Source: a virus (lineage: Duplodnaviria; Caudoviricetes). From it: a DNA stretch of 40,581 nt. The notes beneath the pieces are model-generated. The model did no database searches. It saw only the letters and a list, made by a program, of their open reading frames with translations, and was not told where the DNA came from. Within the stretch, counting starts at the first letter, position 1, and each line of letters opens with the position of its first letter. The DNA lies in IMG/VR virus record IMGVR_UViG_3300005611_000070, positions 1 to 40,581 of that record; one strand, 5' to 3'. Below, in pieces: positions 16,921-24,919 of this stretch. A program made the translations under genes and the position numbers.

Positions 16921-18699
16921 ATGAAAATATTTCTGCTACCGATAATAATTCTATTATCACTCCCACTTATATTCCAAAGCACACCAACTGAAATATTAAA
17001 ATTTAAAACCTTTGATACCTTTGTAAAAAAATATGAGCCATCAGGTAACTTTGTAATATTAAATATTACAGAAGAAGATGTAGAAAATGAAGGTGGTTAT
17101 CCTTTTCCAAGAAGAAGATTAGCAGAGATACAAGTAGACCTTATCAATAAAGGTGCTATTGGTGTTGGTTGGGTAATATCTTTTCCACAAGCAGACAGAA
17201 TGGGTGGTGATGAAGTCTTTGCTACAACACTAGGTTATGTACCTTCTGTTATAGCGATGTTTGAAGATGGCAAAAATAAATACCCAAAAGCTACTGGAAC
17301 TGTTGTCAAGGGCAATCATGTTGATGGTATAGTATCTATGGGAGTTAAGGAAAACCTGAACACTCTAGCAGATAATACATTACAGGGATTAGCCATTGCT
17401 CCCACCGAAGTTGACCAACTTGTTAGAAGAATCCCATTACTTGTCAGCACACCTGAAAAAGATTGGATTCCATCATTCGGCACACAAATTTATAAAGCAT
17501 TGTTTGATGTTAGAACCTACATTATAAAAACTGGTGATAATGGTATAGAGGAAATATCAATCAGAGGAATACCACCAGTCAAAACAGATAGTCTTGGTCG
17601 TAAGTGGATTAGTTGGGTAGATACACCACAAACAGATTTAAAAGAAATGAATGTAGCAGGTAAGTTCGTGTTTGTGGGTGTCACTGCTAATGGTGTGATG
17701 CCACAGATAGCAACACCTGTTGGATTATTAGAACCGCACAAGATTCAAACAGCTTTAGCAGAATCAATATTAATTCAAGATAGTCCTTACATACCTGATT
17801 GGGCATTAGCTGTAGAAATGCTTATATTTATTGTGTCAGTAAGCCTTATATGGCTTGTATTAAACGCTTTAGGCATAACATGGGGTTTAGTATTAGGTTT
17901 AGGAATAATGTTATCAACAGCTTATACAGGATATGAACTTATCCACAGGGGTTTATTAATTGATGTTACATGGACATTAATATCACAGTTTATAACTGGT
18001 TCTATAGCTTTCTACCTAAGATTTAGAGAACAATTTAAACTCAGATTACAAATTAAAAAACAATTTGAACATTATCTTGACCCAAGACAAGTTAAACAAT
18101 TACAAAAGAATCCTGAACTTTTAAAACTTGGTGGCGAAAAAAGATACGCAACATTTTTATTTACAGATGTTCGTGGGTTTACAGCTTTATCAGAATCATT
18201 AGAACCTGAACAGGTGACTTACATAATGAATCAAGCTCTAACTGCTCAACAAAAAGCAGTACAAAAACATGGCGGTATGGTAGATAAGTATATTGGTGAT
18301 GCAATGATGGCTATATTCAATGCACCTCTTGATTTAGAAAACCATGAAACAAAGGCGTTGGCTTGTGCTATGGATATACAAAAAAATATGGAAGAACTAA
18401 ATTATGTTCTTGTAGATAAAGGAATTAAACCAGTCACTATAGGCATAGGAATCAATACAGGATATGCAGTTATAGGGAATATGGGTAGTAAAAATAGATT
18501 TGATTACACAGCTATTGGTGATGCGGTTAATGTTGCTGCTAGACTAGAATCAGGTACAAAAGCAGCAGGTGTAGATTTGCTTATTGGTCAAACCACAGAA
18601 AATGCGATAGAATTTGATTTGATACCTTTAGACCCAATTGAAGCTAAAGGTAAAAGCGAAAAATTACAGGTGTATACATGGGATTTAAGTTATCAATAA
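16921..18699 (+). CDS. CHASE2-domain membrane class III adenylate cyclase
   Basis: N-terminal TM; CHASE2-like VILNITEED...GYPFPR; 3 TMs; cyclase motifs FLFTDVRGFTALSE, VDKYIGDAMMAIF, IGIGINTG, DYTAIGDAVNVAARLES. Probable ATG at 16921. Confidence 0.92.
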   Translation: MKIFLLPIIILLSLPLIFQSTPTEILKFKTFDTFVKKYEPSGNFVILNITEEDVENEGGYPFPRRRLAEIQVDLINKGAIGVGWVISFPQADRMGGDEVFATTLGYVPSVIAMFEDGKNKYPKATGTVVKGNHVDGIVSMGVKENLNTLADNTLQGLAIAPTEVDQLVRRIPLLVSTPEKDWIPSFGTQIYKALFDVRTYIIKTGDNGIEEISIRGIPPVKTDSLGRKWISWVDTPQTDLKEMNVAGKFVFVGVTANGVMPQIATPVGLLEPHKIQTALAESILIQDSPYIPDWALAVEMLIFIVSVSLIWLVLNALGITWGLVLGLGIMLSTAYTGYELIHRGLLIDVTWTLISQFITGSIAFYLRFREQFKLRLQIKKQFEHYLDPRQVKQLQKNPELLKLGGEKRYATFLFTDVRGFTALSESLEPEQVTYIMNQALTAQQKAVQKHGGMVDKYIGDAMMAIFNAPLDLENHETKALACAMDIQKNMEELNYVLVDKGIKPVTIGIGINTGYAVIGNMGSKNRFDYTAIGDAVNVAARLESGTKAAGVDLLIGQTTENAIEFDLIPLDPIEAKGKSEKLQVYTWDLSYQ

Positions 18700-19073
18700 T
18701 ACTAGGCGGTTTATTGCTAGTAACTGCTAGTGGTTCATTTTGGTATATTGATAGACTACAAGACAATATCTCTACACTCAAAGGCAATCAAATAGCCCTA
18801 GAACAATCCATAGCACAACAAAACGAATCAATTAAAACTTATCTTGCCAACCAAGAGAAGGCACAAAAGCAGATACAAGCAATAGAAAAAGAAAAACAGG
18901 AAGCAGTAAGAGAAGTAAACAAACTACGAACAACCTTTGCAAAACATGATTTAGATAATTTAGCATTGAGCAAACCTAAGTTAATAGAAAATATTGTGAA
19001 CAAGGGAACTAAAAAAGTCAAAGAAGAAATAATAGCCTTAACAGACCCAAACCAGTTTGATGATGAAAGTTAA
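18678..19073 (+). CDS. inner-membrane spanin (Rz-like)
   Basis: N-terminal TM then a long coiled coil; followed by an overlapping lipoprotein gene. Confidence 0.65.
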   Translation: MGFKLSIILGGLLLVTASGSFWYIDRLQDNISTLKGNQIALEQSIAQQNESIKTYLANQEKAQKQIQAIEKEKQEAVREVNKLRTTFAKHDLDNLALSKPKLIENIVNKGTKKVKEEIIALTDPNQFDDES

Positions 19074-19449
19074 AACCATAATATTAATATCATGTCTTTT
19101 TGTTATTGCAAACTGTTCTATGATGCCCACTGCTAAACCTGTTGAGGTTGTAACGATTGCAGAGCCAGTTCCTTTATACCATCCACCTTTACCCCTAGAA
19201 GTTGGATTGGTTGATATTGACTGGGAAATATTAACTCCTGATTTAATGAAAGAGTACCTAGAAGATTATGAGAATGGCTCTGCTCCTGCCATTGCTTATT
19301 ACTCATTAACCAGTAAAGAATACGAAAACCTATCTATGAATATGGCAGAAATCAAAAGATATTTAAGAGATACTTTATCAATTGTTAAATATTATAGAGA
19401 TTATGACAAAGAAGATAATCAAGAAGAAAAGGTGTCAGAGAACAAATAA
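19057..19449 (+). CDS. outer-membrane spanin lipoprotein (Rz1-like)
   Basis: Lipobox FVIANC, Pro-rich EPVPLYHPPLP; overlaps the i-spanin end. Confidence 0.65.
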   Translation: MMMKVKTIILISCLFVIANCSMMPTAKPVEVVTIAEPVPLYHPPLPLEVGLVDIDWEILTPDLMKEYLEDYENGSAPAIAYYSLTSKEYENLSMNMAEIKRYLRDTLSIVKYYRDYDKEDNQEEKVSENK

Positions 19450-19489
19450 TTTGATAGACTTTAATTTCATTCATTATTAGGAGATTAAT

Positions 19490-19657
19490 ATGATGGGAAT
19501 GATAGGAGAATGGTTAGGAATAATTACAGGTGTTGTATGCGGTGCATCAATTATCTGTGCTTTGACTCCTACACCTAAAGATGATGCAATGATTGCTAAG
19601 TTATACAAACTTATTGAATTACTTGCACTCAACATTGGCAAAGCTAAACAAAAGTAG
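19490..19657 (+). CDS. small membrane protein, putative holin
   Basis: Below the ORF-track cut-off; AGGAG RBS; MMGMIGEWLGIITGVVCGASIICALTPTPKDDAMIAKLYKLIELLALNIGKAKQK; lies in the lysis cassette. Confidence 0.6.
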   Translation: MMGMIGEWLGIITGVVCGASIICALTPTPKDDAMIAKLYKLIELLALNIGKAKQK

Positions 19658-19663
19658 TTAGCT

Positions 19664-20059
19664 ATGTCTGAATCAGTCACGCCATTCGTATACAACGCTA
19701 TACTAGAAAGGGTAGTAGATGGAGACACCATAGATGTGACTCTTGATTTAGGCTTTGATGTCAAACTCCACAAACAAAGAGTGCGATTAGCAGGAATTGA
19801 TACTCCTGAATCACGCACAAGAAATTTAGAAGAGAAAGCACTAGGTTTAAAAGCAAAAGAAAGACTTATAGAACTATGTGTTGGTGCTTTGAAAGTTCAA
19901 TCACTTGGAAAAGGAAAATATGGAAGAATCCTAGGAATACCTTATGATGAAAATAATAAAAGCATTTGTCAGATTCTTATTGAAGAAGGACACGCAGTTG
20001 AATACTGGGGTGGCACAAAGAAAGCCAAAGTCCGAGAAGATGGCACATGGGGAGAATAA
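19664..20059 (+). CDS. staphylococcal nuclease (SNase/thermonuclease) homologue
   Basis: RVVDGDTIDV, RVRLAGIDTPE, GKYGRILG, LIEEGHA motifs. Confidence 0.88.
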   Translation: MSESVTPFVYNAILERVVDGDTIDVTLDLGFDVKLHKQRVRLAGIDTPESRTRNLEEKALGLKAKERLIELCVGALKVQSLGKGKYGRILGIPYDENNKSICQILIEEGHAVEYWGGTKKAKVREDGTWGE

Positions 20060-20060
20060 T

Positions 20061-20504
20061 ATGAAGATATCACAAGAAGGAATCGCACTTATTAAGAAGT
20101 TTGAAGGGTGCAAATTAGAAAGTTATTTATGTGCTGCTAATGTACCTACCATTGGTTATGGCTCAACTAAAGGTGTAGAAATGGGCATGACCATATCACA
20201 AGAACGAGCAGAAGAATTATTACTAGAAGATTTAGAAGTTTATGAAGATGCTGTCAATAAAGCAGTAGAGCTTCCATTACATCAACACCAGTTTGATGCA
20301 TTAGTATCTTGGACATTTAATCTTGGTGGTGCAAATTTAAACGCTTCAACTATGTTAAAAGTTTTAAATCAAGGTGCGTATGAAGATGTGCCTTATCAGA
20401 TGAAACGATGGAACAAAGCAGGTGGCAAAGTTCTTGAAGGATTAACAAGAAGAAGATTAGCAGAATCATTATTGTTTCAAGGACATGATTGGTCAAAAGT
20501 TTAA
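20061..20504 (+). CDS. endolysin, GH24 lysozyme
   Basis: MKISQEGIALIKKFEGCKL...PTIGYG...QFDALVSWTFNLG...WNKAGGKVLEGLTRRRLAE; GGAG RBS before ATG 20061. Confidence 0.92.
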   Translation: MKISQEGIALIKKFEGCKLESYLCAANVPTIGYGSTKGVEMGMTISQERAEELLLEDLEVYEDAVNKAVELPLHQHQFDALVSWTFNLGGANLNASTMLKVLNQGAYEDVPYQMKRWNKAGGKVLEGLTRRRLAESLLFQGHDWSKV

Positions 20505-20505
20505 T

Positions 20506-20763
20506 ATGGAAATAGTGATTATTGAAGATTTAAAAAGATTTTGGGCATGGCTTAGCCATAAATGGTTATTGATACAACACAAAGTAATAATTTTTTACCG
20601 ACATGGGGTTTTCAACGAGGAAGACATGGTATGGTTTGATGAATTAGATGTTGTAAATATGTCAGTTGATGAAGTTTTAGAGTTAGAAAAGGATATAAAA
20701 AAAGGTAATGTTATTGTTGATAAAGGTAGATTTTTTGTTCCTGTATGTGATGATGACAAATAA
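20506..20763 (+). CDS. hypothetical protein
   Basis: ATG 20506 directly after the lysozyme stop. Confidence 0.5.
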   Translation: MEIVIIEDLKRFWAWLSHKWLLIQHKVIIFYRHGVFNEEDMVWFDELDVVNMSVDEVLELEKDIKKGNVIVDKGRFFVPVCDDDK

Positions 20764-20769
20764 ACTGAA

Positions 20770-20994
20770 ATGGCATTAAGTAAAACACAGACCAAAAGAT
20801 TAGGTGGAATATTAACAGTCATGTTTGGTGATGATATACCAAGTGACTTATTGACATCTTTAATCACAGAAGGATATATAAAAGTTGAAGGTCAAAAATA
20901 TAATCTTACTGAAAAAGGACTAGATGAAAAGAATCGTCTTTGTACTTTAGCAGGTCTAAATATTATGTATTCTTCAGAAAAAAAATCTAGTTAA
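20770..20994 (+). CDS. small winged-helix-like protein
   Basis: LTSLITEGYIKVEGQKYNLTEKG resembles the wing motif of wHTH proteins. Confidence 0.4.
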   Translation: MALSKTQTKRLGGILTVMFGDDIPSDLLTSLITEGYIKVEGQKYNLTEKGLDEKNRLCTLAGLNIMYSSEKKSS

Positions 20995-21211
20995 TAGAAT
21001 TTTCATATCTTGCCTTTTCAAGACTAGCCTTTTCATAAAGTTCAATTAAGTCTGCAAATATTTTCATGCTATCATCTTTATCTAAGTTTTTAAGCATATA
21101 TTCCAGTCTATTATTATCTTTATGATTAAGTTCTTTGTTTTTTTTCAAAAACCTTAAAGACTTTTTGATAAATTCAATATATGCTTTACTAAATGTTTTA
21201 ACAAATATCAT
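20987..21211 (-). CDS. hypothetical protein
   Basis: Last ORF of a tightly packed minus-strand operon. Confidence 0.45.
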   Translation of the reverse strand: MIFVKTFSKAYIEFIKKSLRFLKKNKELNHKDNNRLEYMLKNLDKDDSMKIFADLIELYEKASLEKARYENSIN

Positions 21212-21213
21212 TA

Positions 21214-21396
21214 TTAATTTACAAAAACTTTGTTCTCTATTTTTTTAAATCCCCACATTTTACTAAATGTTGCTTCAGCATTATCTATGTCAAGTTTTGG
21301 TTCTTTATAAATTTCTCTTTCAATACAATTAGCAACATACCATCTTTCAAAATTTACACTATATGGTGCTTCATCATCATATAAAAATTCATTCAT
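21214..21396 (-). CDS. hypothetical protein
   Basis: GGGAG RBS; coupled to its neighbours. Confidence 0.55.
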   Translation of the reverse strand: MNEFLYDDEAPYSVNFERWYVANCIEREIYKEPKLDIDNAEATFSKMWGFKKIENKVFVN

Positions 21397-21587
21397 TTTT
21401 TACTCCCCTTTTCATTTAAAATTTCATTTAATCTTTGTAATAACATTTTATGTTGTTCATAATTTAGCACTGAATCTTCATGCATTTCAACTATACTTTT
21501 GTGAACTTCAATAGCCATCTGATGTATTTGTTCATCGTGGCTTAATTCTTTTTTCCTGTAATCGTCTATATTAACTACTTTGTTCAT
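21393..21587 (-). CDS. hypothetical protein
   Basis: 64 aa, packed operon. Confidence 0.5.
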   Translation of the reverse strand: MNKVVNIDDYRKKELSHDEQIHQMAIEVHKSIVEMHEDSVLNYEQHKMLLQRLNEILNEKGSKK

Positions 21588-21735
21588 CTTTATTTTTAAT
21601 CATATCGTTATGCATATTTAACCAGTCAATATCAACTTCATCTTTTTTATCATCAAAGTAATACAAAAAATATTCAACTGTGTTTCTCCACATTCTATCA
21701 ATAAATTTATCTAGTTTTTTAAGTAGTTTTTTCAT
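21571..21735 (-). CDS. hypothetical 54 aa protein
   Basis: MKKLLKKLDKFIDRMWRNTVEYFLYYFDDKKDEVDIDWLNMHNDMIKNKDEQSS fills the gap in the operon; below the track cut-off. Confidence 0.5.
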   Translation of the reverse strand: MKKLLKKLDKFIDRMWRNTVEYFLYYFDDKKDEVDIDWLNMHNDMIKNKDEQSS

Positions 21736-22066
21736 GATTTAAATTATCCTTACACATTTTTATTGTCTCTGTTAAGTAATATAACTCTTTGGCATTAAAT
21801 CTTTTTTCATCAAGTATTTTTTTTGCCTTATCTAAGATAATTATAATAAGTTCATTCATTTTATCTTTAGCTACTGCTTTTGAAAAATATAATTTATACG
21901 TGATAATTCTGTATTCTTCTCTTTGTTGTTTCCAATTATCTTTAGAAGAATGTCTGTAAACAGTTGCAGATGGCATATTATATTTTTTAATAAGTGAATC
22001 TAAAGAAATATTACCTGTAATATATTCCTGTTTTATTGCGTCTAATCTTTTTCTATTTTTAATCAT
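21719..22066 (-). CDS. HTH protein resembling terminase small subunit N-terminus
   Basis: IKQEYITGNISLDSLIKKYNMPSATVYRHSSKDNWKQQREEY. Confidence 0.55.
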   Translation of the reverse strand: MIKNRKRLDAIKQEYITGNISLDSLIKKYNMPSATVYRHSSKDNWKQQREEYRIITYKLYFSKAVAKDKMNELIIIILDKAKKILDEKRFNAKELYYLTETIKMCKDNLNHEKTT

Positions 22067-22271
22067 TTTGATTATAGTTGTCTGCTTCTTCTTGTTCCTT
22101 GTACTTAATATATGCGTTTAAAACACTCTCAGGAGTCTCACCTAGCGTTTTGTTATAGAGTCTACGCTTTTGTATTATGTTGATTAATTCGTTCTTAGAA
22201 CGCATATAATCCCATACTTCCATTTCACCTAGTTCGTCATTAAGTTCTTGTACTTGTTCTTTTGTGTGCAT
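22059..22271 (-). CDS. hypothetical protein
   Basis: AGGAG RBS; packed operon. Confidence 0.55.
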   Translation of the reverse strand: MHTKEQVQELNDELGEMEVWDYMRSKNELINIIQKRRLYNKTLGETPESVLNAYIKYKEQEEADNYNQND

Positions 22272-22273
22272 GA

Positions 22274-22486
22274 TTACTCCTGTAATTGTTTTCTAGCTAC
22301 TCTATGCGAGTCAGCACTTATTATTTTAGTTTCAAAACCTTGTTTTTTGAATTTAGTTTCTTGGTCGTCAATAAGACCATATTGTTGAGAACGCATCCTT
22401 TCAAACCAGTCATTGATTCCTGCAGATGGATTTTTTACATATAAGTAAAAAGTTTTTAGTTTTTGATTGCCTACTATCTTATTCAT
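22274..22486 (-). CDS. hypothetical protein
   Basis: 70 aa, packed operon. Confidence 0.5.
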   Translation of the reverse strand: MNKIVGNQKLKTFYLYVKNPSAGINDWFERMRSQQYGLIDDQETKFKKQGFETKIISADSHRVARKQLQE

Positions 22487-22703
22487 CTTCGTACCTTTGA
22501 ATACTTAAAATACTATGATTAATATAGTTGTCTGTTAATCTTTCTAAATCGGTTTCTGTAAATGTAGTTTGTTTTAGAAGATTTGTTTTCAAGAATTTAT
22601 CAGAATTGTTTCTTGCATATATTAATGCTAAATCAATTAGTGATTTTGCATTTTGTTGGTCAATAGTCATATTTATTTTTTTCATTTTATTCTCCTTTAT
22701 CAT
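22479..22703 (-). CDS. hypothetical protein (alternative start 22685)
   Basis: Two tandem RBS+TAAAATG starts; first gene after the repeated promoter. Confidence 0.55.
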   Translation of the reverse strand: MIKENKMKKINMTIDQQNAKSLIDLALIYARNNSDKFLKTNLLKQTTFTETDLERLTDNYINHSILSIQRYEDE

Positions 22704-22776
22704 TTTATTTTTCCTTACTCTGTGAGTATCAATTTATTATGTAATAAGTATAACCCCATAATGGAATATGTGCAAG
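22701..22776 (-). promoter_or_regulatory. sigma70-type promoter plus conserved leader (copy 2)
   Basis: Minus strand TTGCAC (22775-22770), 17 nt spacer containing TATTCCATTATGGGG, TATACT (22752-22747), ATAATAAATTGATA, ACTC-ACA-GAGT hairpin, AAGGAAAAATAAAATG. Confidence 0.8.
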
Positions 22777-22793
22777 TATTATTTATTTTATTT

Positions 22794-23135
22794 TTAGAAG
22801 GGTAAATCATCATCATTTTCATCAATCCAATCAGGGTTCTTGTTCCATAATTGTTCAGCATATTCTTGACCTGCTGTTTCTTTGAAACCATAGTGCTTTA
22901 AAAATTTAAACTCATTACCAAACTTAGTGTGTAACTGTGCGTGATGAAATCTACATAAGGGTATGCACTCTGAATCGTGTGCTTTTAATCCAAACCCTCT
23001 GTGACCACTTACAGGTTTTAATAAATGATGTGCTTCTATATTTCCTTGACAACTAATAAACCCTGACCTGCTTATAAAACAAGGCAGGGTTCTAATCCAA
23101 GCTAGATGCTTTTGGTTGACAATTCTTTTGCTCAT
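22794..23135 (-). CDS. DUF968/HNH-like Zn-binding nuclease
   Basis: KHLAWIRTLPC...EAHHL...GFGLKAHD..CIPLCRFHHAQLH. Confidence 0.75.
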   Translation of the reverse strand: MSKRIVNQKHLAWIRTLPCFISRSGFISCQGNIEAHHLLKPVSGHRGFGLKAHDSECIPLCRFHHAQLHTKFGNEFKFLKHYGFKETAGQEYAEQLWNKNPDWIDENDDDLPF

Positions 23136-23665
23136 AGAAACATATCGGTTTTACTAAACATATAAATGTTTATATCTCTTTTGCTTGTTTGTTTCCATGT
23201 GTTTCTACTACTAATGCCTTTTCTTTGTCCAACTTTTTGCCAACCCATAGCTTTCCAAAAAACATTACTTTCTAAATCATTTGCACATCCACATGACCAA
23301 TTAAAGGTATAAATAGATTCTCCATAATTAATTACTGAATCTAAAAGAAGTCTACCTCTTTGCAACATACGAGCATCTGACTGTAAACAAATCTGTGCAA
23401 TCTTACCTTGTCTTGTCATTACATTTCTATATTGATGACCAAAACTGGCTAAACAGAAACCAACTAAATCACCATTACATTCACAGACAAACAATTTATC
23501 ATTACAAATTAAACTCCATCTTTTACCAGTTTTGACTCCTGTAACAGCAGATTTATATGCAGGATTGGGTATAAATCCTAATGATTTACTTTCAAGTTTA
23601 CTTAAATGGTTTATATATTTTAAATCATCTTCTGTAGCAAATCTTATTATTCCTAAGTCCTGCAT
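23132..23665 (-). CDS. GNAT-family acetyltransferase
   Basis: IRFATEDDL...LFVCECNGDLVGF...IAQICLQSDARMLQRGRLLL...SNVFWKAMGW. Confidence 0.7.
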   Translation of the reverse strand: MQDLGIIRFATEDDLKYINHLSKLESKSLGFIPNPAYKSAVTGVKTGKRWSLICNDKLFVCECNGDLVGFCLASFGHQYRNVMTRQGKIAQICLQSDARMLQRGRLLLDSVINYGESIYTFNWSCGCANDLESNVFWKAMGWQKVGQRKGISSRNTWKQTSKRDINIYMFSKTDMFL

Positions 23666-23674
23666 ACTGCATAT

Positions 23675-24118
23675 CTAAAAAGGCATATCGTCTTCTACTT
23701 CCTCATTTGGGAAGTAAGATTCAGATTCTTCTTTTTTAATAGCATCAACCAATCCACAAGATAAAGTTTTAGTTCCTGCTTCTTCATTGATGTTAACCCA
23801 TCCACCAAACTTTTGACTGACTGTAGTTCCATTTCCTAGGTCTACAGTTACTGGTCCACCGATGTCAGGTGCTTTTTCTCCTGCATTGCCATCTTTTAAA
23901 TATAGCAATCCTACTGACTGTACTAACTCATACTTGTCGTTTGGATTTCCGTATTTATCTTTCATGGTTGTTTTTAAGATTGAATAATATTTATCCACAC
24001 CTTTTTCATTTTCATCATAAGGGTCTTTCTTGTGATGTATAGAACCTTTCCAAATAACCTTAGAGTTGTTATCTTTCCACATAGTTCCCTTTCTATCTTT
24101 TTTTACATATTCTGCCAC
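23675..24118 (-). CDS. putative single-stranded DNA-binding protein
   Basis: Beta-rich with acidic C-terminal EEVEDDMPF tail; adjacent to ERF and nuclease genes. Confidence 0.55.
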   Translation of the reverse strand: MAEYVKKDRKGTMWKDNNSKVIWKGSIHHKKDPYDENEKGVDKYYSILKTTMKDKYGNPNDKYELVQSVGLLYLKDGNAGEKAPDIGGPVTVDLGNGTTVSQKFGGWVNINEEAGTKTLSCGLVDAIKKEESESYFPNEEVEDDMPF

Positions 24119-24119
24119 T

Positions 24120-24461
24120 TTATTCTCCTTTTAAATTAAATTTATATTCATAACCTTTAGAGTTATGCCTTTTTCTTTTTATTACAATCTCGCCATATCT
24201 AGGTAAGTCATATAATTCTCTGCATCTGTCTTTACGCATATTTCTTATACAAGCAGAAATAGTGTTCTCTCCGTAGAATCTTTTTCTACGAGCATACTCT
24301 TCTCCATACCATCCTGCATAAGCATTGACAATCTTCTGCTGTATCTCATGGAACATTAGCCAGTTGTTTTTCAAGTATCCTGCTCTTAGGGTCATAAATA
24401 CACAGTCATCAACTGTGTATTTATTCCTAGACTTCTTTTCTATGCTTCTTGGTACTTCCAT
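24120..24461 (-). CDS. hypothetical basic DNA-binding-like protein
   Basis: WLMFHEIQ...ENTISACIRNMRK...YEYKF, wHTH-like pattern. Confidence 0.45.
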   Translation of the reverse strand: MEVPRSIEKKSRNKYTVDDCVFMTLRAGYLKNNWLMFHEIQQKIVNAYAGWYGEEYARRKRFYGENTISACIRNMRKDRCRELYDLPRYGEIVIKRKRHNSKGYEYKFNLKGE

Positions 24462-24919
24462 TAGAAATTACCTTCGTCTTGTGTTGTTACTGGTGCTTCA
24501 TTGACTGATGCTTTAACAACCTTTGGTTTGTTTCTTTGCATCGCAGCTTCTGCATCATCGTCCTCTTTTCTAGTTGCAACCCCACACGCCATTAATAAAG
24601 AATATCTTTTAGCGTAGCTTAGTGCTGAACCATATGCCTGTGGGTCTTGTTTAGCAGCAGGGATTGTTACCTTGCCTGATGAAAGACTGCCACCATGACC
24701 ATGAAATATCGTCTCTACACACACACCATTATCAGAATCATGTGCAACTTGCTGAAGTAATATCCCATTATCATTTAAAGGTTTCTTAACAGAATCAATC
24801 ACTTCTTTTAAACTAGCGTAGTCGCTTTTAAAGAAAGGATTGTTTGCATCCTGCACCACATGGTCAATTTCTTGTTGTGCTTTGACCAAAGCATTTATCA
24901 ACGTATCTGTTGGTTTCAT
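24461..24919 (-). CDS. ERF-family ssDNA annealing protein
   Basis: ALVKAQQEI...NPFFKSDYASL...QDPQAYGSALSYAKRYSL...EDDDAE; GGAGAATAAAATG start at 24919. Confidence 0.88.
   Translation of the reverse strand: MKPTDTLINALVKAQQEIDHVVQDANNPFFKSDYASLKEVIDSVKKPLNDNGILLQQVAHDSDNGVCVETIFHGHGGSLSSGKVTIPAAKQDPQAYGSALSYAKRYSLLMACGVATRKEDDDAEAAMQRNKPKVVKASVNEAPVTTQDEGNF

Noticed and set aside
12932-18699. Interpretation as bacterial host DNA flanking a prophage
   Set aside because: The block is co-oriented and tightly joined or overlapping with phage genes on both sides, has similar composition and contains the phage's own repeated promoter cassette; no att site or integrase is seen. Read-level confirmation is still advisable.
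19477-19818. 113 aa minus-strand ORF
   Set aside because: It is opposite the better-supported small membrane gene (19490-19657) and the SNase gene.
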